Shown here piece after piece: positions 55,989 to 64,000 of a stretch of 64,000 bases of DNA. Within the stretch, counting starts at the first letter, position 1. Every line of letters starts with the position of its first letter. The notes under the pieces were generated by a model that made no database searches, had not been told where the DNA came from, and saw nothing but the letters and a program-made list of their open reading frames with translations. This DNA is from Babesia bigemina (lineage: Eukaryota): NCBI RefSeq assembly GCF_000981445.1, contig NC_027216.1, forward strand, positions 1,674,001-1,738,000, read 5' to 3'. The position numbers and the translations under genes were made by a program.

Positions 55989-57523
55989 TTACGTTTTCGG
56001 TGGTATGGGCTCGATCATCTGGTACGGCTTGAGCATACACTGCCTGTTGACGAACTCATTCGGCCGCTCGACGGACAGACCGTAGAGGCTCTTCTCCAGC
56101 ACCCGCCTGAGTGCTCGGCGCTGCATCAGCTCGTCTGCGTCGTCTGTGCTCTTGTTGCGTGTGTATTCCTCTGGCTTTTGCGACAGGTATGGAGCAAAGT
56201 GCAGGCAAAACTCCTCGAAGTTTATGCGCTTTCGCATGTACAGCCGGCGGAAGTCGTCAACCTCGCGCATCATCAGGTGCTCCTTGCGGTCGTCCGTTAT
56301 GTTGAAGTAGCAGCGGGTCATGTCGTCCTTGAGGATGGCGAATTCGAGGCTCGAAAGGAACACCTCGTCGAAACTTCGCGACGCATTGCTGATTTCGAGG
56401 GGGGTGAAGTATTGCCTCAGCCGATCGCCGCAAAACAGTGCGACGGAGCCAAAGCAGCTCATGGCCGACAGGAGATTGGGCACGAACCAGTCCTGAATCC
56501 AGGCAAAGATGCGCAATTTCTCCGGGTTACACCCGCAGGCCGTTGGCTCGATAGTAGGTTGGGAGCAATACGGAAATGACATGAAGCTGCAATTGGTGTT
56601 GTCTGCCGAAGCTCTGGACGTGACACCGCTTGAAGACTTGTAAATGCGGCTGATGTCCAGTGACTCCGCGAATAACAGGGTGCCATTGTCGTCCTTCCAC
56701 GCCACAGATTCGCTGGGCTTGGGCGGGGCGTAGCTGCGAAAGTGCGATTTCGAACGATCGTTCTCTGATTTTTCCAACGACCATCCGATGCTACGCATTG
56801 TCGACGGTTTGGACGGGCCAACAGCCATGGTGCTTCCCTGAGGCTGCGTTGCCGATCTGTTTGTGTCCATGGAGAACGCATCCGAATTTCTCGCACTAGC
56901 CTGATCTAGAGACGCGTCCTCCGCCTGCCTCGCGCTACAAAAAGTCGTCGAATTCACGCGATTTTTCGCAGAGGTGGTGCGAGGAATGCTTTCTGAAGTT
57001 TCGTCATTCGGCGCATCCGCCGCACCACCATCGGGCACTCCCTCTGAAAAAGTCCCTGTGTCGGTGGGCTGCGGCGTGAAGGAATCGCTGTCAGACCTGC
57101 CCAGTAGCCTGGATCGGTACAGCTCATCGACTGTGAAGACTTTCTGCACTGCCTTGGGTTCGCTGACAGTCGTTGCGGTATCGTGGCTCTCGCCAGACAG
57201 CTGACGCAGCATGCGTGGGTCGCCATGGCGGTACGCTGACGCGCTACTCGAGGTGTTGCGGTTGTTGGCGTTCGGGTCATTCTGCAGCCCAAAGTAGAGG
57301 TCGATGGCTCCCACTCGCTGGAATATCTCGTATAGCACGGCCGCCTTTCTCAGGTTGACCTCGGTGGGTGTGCGGCGATCTGCAAAATAGTTAGCTCATT
57401 GCGTTGCGTTTGATTATACAGCTCGGGCGGCGACGTTTTGACGTCACGCATCCGCGTTTTATGACGAGCTGACGTACCTACGCCGAGATGTGCATCGGCC
57501 AACTGCTGGTTGTAGTCCGCCAT
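55989..57523 (-). CDS. Conserved-looking hypothetical protein
   Basis: Exon 1 57523-57478 (MADYNQQLADAHLGV); intron 57477-57380 with a ctaac branch site; then a Ser/Thr-rich linker and a globular C-terminal half. Family not recognised. Confidence 0.65.
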
Positions 57524-58013
57524 CTCCGTAGCCTTTTAATCGAAAAATATAAGCCGACGAATTCGGCCTGGCAGCGGTGACATACGCCGCTAATCGTTGC
57601 GGCGGTAAATCGCAGCGGAGTTAGGTGCACTGGGTGCCCAGGCGTCAGTGACAGACGCTGAGTCCTGGTACTGTGTCCATTTCTAATGCTACACAATGCA
57701 GCTGCTGAGGTTATATTCTACACATGGCGGATGTGTGCAAACAACGGCGTTATACGCCTCAATTTGGCGCGTATCTTGGCAACACTTCACAGCAACATGG
57801 CAGCCATGCTTCGCTGAACAACAGGCGCTAAACGTCGCGCTATCGAATACTTTGTTGTTCAATCGACCCCCGGGGCTAGATTTTACAGCGAAATGAGTAT
57901 ATTAAAAATGTTATAGGAAGCGACTTGCCTATACGCCGATGCGCTGCGTGCCGGGATGTAGCGAGATGCCTCCAGATGATTCAGTAACAGTAATGAGTGG
58001 CAGCGGATACCGA

Positions 58014-61000
58014 CTAACTTTCTACCTTTTCTATCTCGGACTTGATTATCGCGTCCATCAGAGCCATAGAGCTCACCATGTCCTCGATCACATCCACCGG
58101 AACTGGCGAGCCGTGCATACGCCAGACGCCATCCTGGTAGTTGAAGGAACGCTTGATGTACTGGTTGTGCAGCTCTTTGATCCTATCCGGTGAGACGCTG
58201 TAGCAGCTGAGGCTGTTCCAAATGTCAGAATTGAGCCCGCGTTGGCGCCGGTTCGTGACGGCCGACGCACGTGAGGCGTTCGCCGTCTCAAAAACAGTCT
58301 TGTAGACGCCGTCAGCCCTAGATAGACCGTTGGCAGTCAGATGCCACATGCGAATCATCTTGCAGTACGCCAGGAAAAAGTCGCGCTTGTAGCTGGGCAG
58401 GTTTGACGACGATAGCTGCGACAGCAAACGGTCGTTCATTGCGTCGTCGTCGGGGAACAGAATGTCGCAGTCGCTGTGCTCCTCGATGAACTGGAACTCC
58501 GTGAGCAGGGTGTTGACGGCCTCCATGTTGCTCCTCGGCCGTGCTCCACGACGCCCGCCGCGTGCACTCGACGCCATGCGACGTCGATAGGTAGAGGCGA
58601 TGTTGCTCAGATTCCACATGTCGTTGGGAGTCATGTTGGCCAAGCCGGATGCAAGGCTTACGATAGCGTTTGTGGTACTCGAAATAGTGTTGTCGACATT
58701 GGCCACGACGATGTCTGACGACTGCGTGGCATTCACCGGTACAATGGACCCCGAATTAGACTCAGCAGGCTCGGGTTGCTCCGGAACGTCGGAGGATTCT
58801 ACGAGCACGATCTCAGCGGCCGCCGGCTCGCCAGCGGACACGCTGCTGGTGCCTTCTCCAACATCGCTGGCAGACGAACTGTCAGTAACAGTCGGATCTG
58901 GAAGTACCACATCATCACCATCAGCCACCTGAACAGCATCGTTATCGTTTCCAACAGGAGGTACTTCTGGGGTTGTGGACTCCGCAGTGACTGCGGCATC
59001 CTTGTCTGCGTCACCTTCAGGCGCTCCTGAACTGTCGTCATCCTCGAATTCCCTCGATAACTTAGCCATCCTTATGCGCCTAATGCGTGCCAGTTCTTCC
59101 GCCGACGGCTTTTTAACGTCATCTTCACCGGATACTACATTCACAGGGGGTGCTACGTTCTCATTGGGGAAGTTGTCACCGTCAGTTGTGACAACGTTGG
59201 ACTCATCTTCCGGTGCCGCACTTTCCTGGTTGACGGCGGTTTCAGCATCGTCGTTTGCCGTAACGTTAGTCTCAACTGCCTCTGGCACGCTCTGGGAACT
59301 TACGGGAACATCGGCAGCGCCATTTTGCTCCTCGCTGTTCTCAGCGGCCTCATCTTCCGATATGGCCGGCGGAGTCTGGTTGCGCTGCGGGCTCGCAAAT
59401 GCCGTCAATCTTTCCCTGATGTACTTCAGTTTTCGCAGCAATTTCAGCATACCAGACTTAGCCTTAACATCGGGGTCACTTCCACGGTTGCGACTCTCCC
59501 TCAACCACGGCGGTAACATAAGTCGGCGGCAATAAGTGGGCACGTCTGGCTCAGGTTCGTCATCGTCGCCATCGTTATCTTCCGGGGCTCTAGCTCCATC
59601 AGTGCTAGGGTTACCACCATTTGTGCCTGAACTTTGGCCGACTGCTGGCTCTGTGGAATCTGCTGCAACGGATCCCTCAGTTGGTGCATTATCTACCTGC
59701 GTGACACCATCTTCACGAACCACCGGTTCTTCGGAATCCCTATCAACAGCTTCATCAGTTGCCTCAGCATCTACCTCCGTGGTAGTAGTAGCCTCTTCAA
59801 CTGCTGGCTCAACAGAATCCGTGTCAACAACAGCATCAGTTGCCTCAGCATCTACCTCCGTGGTAGTGGTTTCCGCCACTGTGACTTCTGCGGAATCCGT
59901 GTCAACAACTTCATCGATTGTAGTACCAGCAGCCTCTTCAACTGCTGGCTCAACAGAATCCGTGTCAACAACAGCATCAGTTGCCTCAGCATCTACCTCC
60001 GTGGTAGTGGTTTCTGCCACAGTGGGTTCTGCGGAATCCGTGTCAACAACTTCATCGATTGTAGTACCAGCAGCCTCTTCAACTGCTGGCTCAACAGAAT
60101 CCGTGTCAACAACAGCATCAGTTGCCTCAGCATCTACCTCCGTGGTAGTGGTTTCTGCCACAGTGGGTTCTGCGGAATCCGTGTCAACAACTTCATCGAT
60201 TGTAGTACCAGCAGCCTCTTCAACTGCTGGCTCAACAGAATCCAGATCGACCTGCTCCTCGTTTTCATAAGAAGAGATCTCTGTAACAGCGGTTTCCTCC
60301 ACTGTGGGTTCTGCGGAGTCGGACTCAGTAGCACCCTCAATCGCTGCGTCAATTATTTCCGTATCCATACCAGTAGCTTCATCAAAGATATGCTCTTCGG
60401 ACCTCTCTCCAACAGCCTCTTCCGTGATTGGGCCGTCCACTTCCTCAGCCGCTGAATCATCTAGGACCTGTTCCTCGGACACTTCTCTAACGCAGTCTTC
60501 AACGATATTATTGGCAACATCAATTACAGTGGCCTCATCTACGAACTGTTCCTCGGACACTTCTCCAACGCATTCATCAGTGGTGTCGGCGGCAACATCA
60601 ATTACAGTAGCTTCATCTGCAAAGTGTTCCTCGGTAGTGTCCGGAATCGCATCCTGGACTATTTGATCGTCAGCATCTGTAACGGGAGTCTCATCCACTA
60701 CGAAGTCAGATGGATCTGAATCAACAGCCTCCTCATTGATCGGAATGTCGAGGTCTCTAACGTCAACGTCATCATCACCTAAATCAATAAGGTCGGTATC
60801 AGCAGAGACCTCAACTGTTTCATTAGGTTCTTCCTCATATGATTCTGAGGGGGCCGAATCAACAACATCATCACCTAGATCAATAAGGTCGGTATCAGGA
60901 GAGACCTCAACTATTTCAGTAGATTCTTCAACGAATCGTTCAGATGGAACTTCATCAACGAAATCCTCAGTCGTCTCCGTGACTGCATCCTCAACAGTGG

Positions 61001-64000
61001 AGTCTGCAACGACAGGTTCAGCTGGAACTGCAACAGCAGTCTCATAGACATCCTCCGTAGTCATGTCGATGGTTGTGTCCGTAGTTTCGACGACTGATTC
61101 ATTATCTGCTTCTGTGCCCGAAGTTTCGTCCATGACCGTTTCTGCGGAGGCCTCATCAATGGCATACTCAGTGGTTGGAATATACGTGTCCATATATGTA
61201 GTTTCCTCTGGAGACTCACAAACGTCTTCCTGAACGGTTGGGCTGTCTGTTTCTGTAGCCACAGCCTCATCCAGGGCCTGTTCTGTTGAGCCACCATCAA
61301 TAGCCTGATCAATTGTTGCAATGGTTGTTTCTGCATGCGTATCAACGGCTGAATCTTGTTCTGATGCGTCTGCAGCAACATGTTCATCCTCTATTGGAGT
61401 ATCGGCCTGCGTATGAGCAATCTGATCAACATCTTGTTCGACGGAGTCTGGTAGCACAGGTTCCTCTCTTGTCTCCGTGGCCTCTGCCGTTAGACTGGAG
61501 TCATCTACGCTCGATTCTGAAGAGGACTCATCAACAGCTTCATTAATACTTGGGGTATGACCATCCACACCCTCATCGTCAACATTGGCTTGAGAATCAA
61601 CATCCTCATCTTCAACATTGGCTTGAGAATCAACATCCTCATCTTCAACATTGGCTGGGGAATCCACTGCAACGTCGTTCTCAACAATTCCCATAGCTAC
61701 ATCTGTAGACACGTTTGTATTTTCAACAACTGTTTCTGCATTCGCGTCTGCGGCCGAAATTTCATCCACAACGGGGTCAGGTGAATCTGATACAACATCG
61801 TCCTCAGAGCTTGAAAAGTGACCGTCAGTGTCCGTGCACTCGTCGTCAGCGTTAGCTGAATCATCTGATTCAACGCGTTTCACAGTAGTTGCATAGACCG
61901 TTTCCGTGATGGCATCTTCCTGAACCATCAGTTCGGAGGGGATCGTATCAACCGCCTCCTCAGTGACCTCAAGGTTGACTTCGGTAATTGTAGTTTCCCT
62001 CATGGATGAGTCTTCCGAATACGCTACAACAGGCTCCTCAGTGATTAGGCTTTCAACGTCATCGACCGCAGCTATCTCAACGATCTGTCCTGCCGACCCG
62101 TCGGCAACGGTTTCGTCGACAGTTTCGTCTACTAGATCCGTAATAGTGTAATGGACGTTTGCCTCTGTAGCGGTAGCATCAGTAACTTGTTGAATGCTTG
62201 CACTTTCAACATAGGTACGCGCACTCGCACCTACATCTGGTTCTTCAACGTGTGTCACAACAGCAGAGTCGACTCGTTCAGTAGCAGCGTATGACGCTGT
62301 AGTGTCATGAACCACAGGTTCACCAGAAACTGCGTCAACAAATGCATGCTCTATTGGAGCATGCAGGTATGTAACAGCAGCGAGGCCAACAACTCGTTCG
62401 ATAGGTTCTGCACCAATAGCTTCATCAATTGTCGGCATCTCTGTAACATCACTTGGGTTCATGCTGAAATTAAAGTCGGACATATCCTCATACACCAAAT
62501 CGTCGGGGTAATCTGACAGGTCGCTACCAAGGTTGTCTTCATTTGGAGGGACTCGTGTATCCGCCGAATCCTCACTATCAGAACGACGGACGAGTATAAT
62601 CCGACTGATGGCTGCAGCAGCTGATGGAAGCGGCGGCAGCCCAAGCGCAGTGGCAATCGCTACGTCAACTGTACGAGTGACCAGGCTTTCTACATTATGA
62701 ACGGCTGCATTTACGGTTCTCCTAACGTTGGCCACGGCGGCATCCACTGTTAATTCAACCAGCGACTCTGCTTGAGCAACTGCGGCGTTCACGCTCCTCT
62801 CAACTTGCATTTCCACCTCGTCTATTCTTGGGTCCTCATTCCGTTCCACCCTGGCGCCAACCTCCATCGAAGCGCTTTCCACAGTGTTCTGCACGTTCGC
62901 GACGGTGTTCTCAACAATAACCCTCATGTTAAAAACGGTCTGTTCAACGATTCGCTGAACGTTCAACACCGTGCCGTCCACTATATGCTCCACTCCGACC
63001 ATGGCAACTTCCAAGTCCCTCTCGACCGCTGAAACTAGCTGCGTATTGACGGCAGGTGGTTGCGGAAGCTGATATGGCACCATTGCAGAGCTCTCAGGTT
63101 CTGGTTCATCATTGGTGTCAGGACTAACTTCATCATCCGCCGTCGTTTCTAGTGGAGGTGAGGAAGGAGTCTCAATTCTGCCATGCTCCGAATCACTAAC
63201 CATTTCGGGAACCTCTGTTTCAATGACGGTTGGTTCTGAAGATTCTGTCACGTGAATCTCATCCACATTCTCATCTTCATAAGCGCTCTCTGCAAGAGCA
63301 GGCATTGCTTCGTTGATGGCAGGTTCTGTTGAAGACTCCTCGGGAGCATAATGTACAGTCTCGGTTTCATAACCGCTATCTTCAAAGGCAATCTCCTCTG
63401 CAGTGGCAATGCGCTCTGACGAATGTGATACTGGGCTCTCAGCTGATACCTCATTTTCCATATCGCCCTCCGCAGCCACAGTCACTGGTTCGTTGATAGT
63501 GGATTGTGGTGAAGGTTCAATGGGAACATCAGCCGCCATTTCGTCTTCCGAAGCATTATCCACAGCAACACTAACGTCTGCTGTGGCGGTAAGCTCTGGA
63601 GAATGCGTGATAGGGCTCTCATCAGACCTCTCTGTTTCCAAGTAACTCTCCACCTGCTCAGTCACTAGTTCATGAGCAGTAGGCTCTCCTGGTTCTCTCA
63701 CTGGCAATTCTGCTGATCGGTCAGTTTCCAAGTCGCTCTCCACTGGTGCAGTCACAATTTCATGGACAGCTAGTTCTGCTGATTCTGTTACCGGGTTCTC
63801 ATCAGACATCTCATCCTCTGACATGTGATCACTATCAGCCATCGAATCATGGCTACTCTCAACCAGATCGATTAGCTTCCCTTCTACAACCTCAGTGGGT
63901 TCCATTTCAAAATCCGAGTAGTTATCAGACTCAGGAGGCATGGTGACGACCCTTTCCACGAAAGGATCCCATTCGCTATCGGAATCCAACATGTTGTAAG
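58014..64000 (-). CDS. Giant (>=1992 aa) Glu/Asp/Thr/Val-rich repeat protein with a globular C-terminal domain; may start beyond the window edge
   Basis: About 6 kb without a stop; the frame stays open upstream of ATG 63992 to the window end. The last c. 170 aa look folded. Confidence 0.85.
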   Translation of the reverse strand, partial: YNMLDSDSEWDPFVERVVTMPPESDNYSDFEMEPTEVVEGKLIDLVESSHDSMADSDHMSEDEMSDENPVTESAELAVHEIVTAPVESDLETDRSAELPVREPGEPTAHELVTEQVESYLETERSDESPITHSPELTATADVSVAVDNASEDEMAADVPIEPSPQSTINEPVTVAAEGDMENEVSAESPVSHSSERIATAEEIAFEDSGYETETVHYAPEESSTEPAINEAMPALAESAYEDENVDEIHVTESSEPTVIETEVPEMVSDSEHGRIETPSSPPLETTADDEVSPDTNDEPEPESSAMVPYQLPQPPAVNTQLVSAVERDLEVAMVGVEHIVDGTVLNVQRIVEQTVFNMRVIVENTVANVQNTVESASMEVGARVERNEDPRIDEVEMQVERSVNAAVAQAESLVELTVDAAVANVRRTVNAAVHNVESLVTRTVDVAIATALGLPPLPSAAAAISRIILVRRSDSEDSADTRVPPNEDNLGSDLSDYPDDLVYEDMSDFNFSMNPSDVTEMPTIDEAIGAEPIERVVGLAAVTYLHAPIEHAFVDAVSGEPVVHDTTASYAATERVDSAVVTHVEEPDVGASARTYVESASIQQVTDATATEANVHYTITDLVDETVDETVADGSAGQIVEIAAVDDVESLITEEPVVAYSEDSSMRETTITEVNLEVTEEAVDTIPSELMVQEDAITETVYATTVKRVESDDSANADDECTDTDGHFSSSEDDVVSDSPDPVVDEISAADANAETVVENTNVSTDVAMGIVENDVAVDSPANVEDEDVDSQANVEDEDVDSQANVDDEGVDGHTPSINEAVDESSSESSVDDSSLTAEATETREEPVLPDSVEQDVDQIAHTQADTPIEDEHVAADASEQDSAVDTHAETTIATIDQAIDGGSTEQALDEAVATETDSPTVQEDVCESPEETTYMDTYIPTTEYAIDEASAETVMDETSGTEADNESVVETTDTTIDMTTEDVYETAVAVPAEPVVADSTVEDAVTETTEDFVDEVPSERFVEESTEIVEVSPDTDLIDLGDDVVDSAPSESYEEEPNETVEVSADTDLIDLGDDDVDVRDLDIPINEEAVDSDPSDFVVDETPVTDADDQIVQDAIPDTTEEHFADEATVIDVAADTTDECVGEVSEEQFVDEATVIDVANNIVEDCVREVSEEQVLDDSAAEEVDGPITEEAVGERSEEHIFDEATGMDTEIIDAAIEGATESDSAEPTVEETAVTEISSYENEEQVDLDSVEPAVEEAAGTTIDEVVDTDSAEPTVAETTTTEVDAEATDAVVDTDSVEPAVEEAAGTTIDEVVDTDSAEPTVAETTTTEVDAEATDAVVDTDSVEPAVEEAAGTTIDEVVDTDSAEVTVAETTTTEVDAEATDAVVDTDSVEPAVEEATTTTEVDAEATDEAVDRDSEEPVVREDGVTQVDNAPTEGSVAADSTEPAVGQSSGTNGGNPSTDGARAPEDNDGDDDEPEPDVPTYCRRLMLPPWLRESRNRGSDPDVKAKSGMLKLLRKLKYIRERLTAFASPQRNQTPPAISEDEAAENSEEQNGAADVPVSSQSVPEAVETNVTANDDAETAVNQESAAPEDESNVVTTDGDNFPNENVAPPVNVVSGEDDVKKPSAEELARIRRIRMAKLSREFEDDDSSGAPEGDADKDAAVTAESTTPEVPPVGNDNDAVQVADGDDVVLPDPTVTDSSSASDVGEGTSSVSAGEPAAAEIVLVESSDVPEQPEPAESNSGSIVPVNATQSSDIVVANVDNTISSTTNAIVSLASGLANMTPNDMWNLSNIASTYRRRMASSARGGRRGARPRSNMEAVNTLLTEFQFIEEHSDCDILFPDDDAMNDRLLSQLSSSNLPSYKRDFFLAYCKMIRMWHLTANGLSRADGVYKTVFETANASRASAVTNRRQRGLNSDIWNSLSCYSVSPDRIKELHNQYIKRSFNYQDGVWRMHGSPVPVDVIEDMVSSMALMDAIIKSEIEKVES
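59752..60243 (-). repeat. 141-bp coding tandem repeat, about 3.4 near-identical copies (47 aa = 21 aa + 26 aa subunits)
   Basis: gtgtcaacaacagcatcag recurs at 59821, 59962 and 60103. Unit: DTDSVEPAVEEAAGTTIDEVV-DTDSAEPTVAETTTTEVDAEATDAVV. Confidence 0.95.
60768..60912 (-). repeat. Duplicated segment VEVSxDTDLIDLGDD with 96-bp spacing
   Basis: tcaataaggtcggtatca occurs at c. 60784 and c. 60880. Confidence 0.85.
61580..61656 (-). repeat. 33-bp coding repeat (ANVEDEDVDSQ), about 2.4 copies
   Basis: tcaacattggct recurs at 33-nt spacing. Confidence 0.9.

Noticed and set aside
55972..55992. Possible 21-nt GT-AG intron that would bypass the stop at 55989
   Set aside because: Much shorter than every other intron found here (at least 32 nt); unsupported without RNA data.

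Overview
Eukaryotic, gene-dense genomic DNA from a piroplasmid apicomplexan, most likely Babesia sensu stricto (B. bigemina/ovata/caballi-like). This is inferred from a ves-like gene, a 6-Cys gene, ATP4, DrpC and many 32-41 nt GT-AG introns. I reconstructed about 23 protein-coding genes by hand-splicing. GC-rich core genes: G-patch/TFIP11-like, PPP1-like apicoplast protein, ATP4, di-ubiquitin, MCM5, LSD1-like, MCM8, DnaJ, PDE, mitoribosomal S18, GRAM/VASt, TGS1, mu-adaptin, GDPD, DrpC, SDR and NOL6/Utp22. They flank a more AT-rich accessory island of about 11 kb (c. 20.8-31.8 kb) with a secreted orphan, a ves-like gene and a 6-Cys gene. A giant acidic repeat protein runs to the right edge. The most interesting signals appear only after splicing or motif-level reading: (1) TGS1 fused to a PHAX RNA-binding domain; (2) a signal-peptide + ubiquitin-like fold + ADEL ER-luminal protein whose stop lies 2 nt from that of the PPP1-like gene; (3) a mu2-like adaptin with a degenerate YxxPhi pocket; (4) an SH3-GRAM-VASt-TM lipid-transfer protein; (5) AP2-G-type motifs and a shared motif triplet upstream of island genes. 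I saw no tRNA, rRNA, CRISPR or transposon. All calls come from manual reading; no database searches were run.
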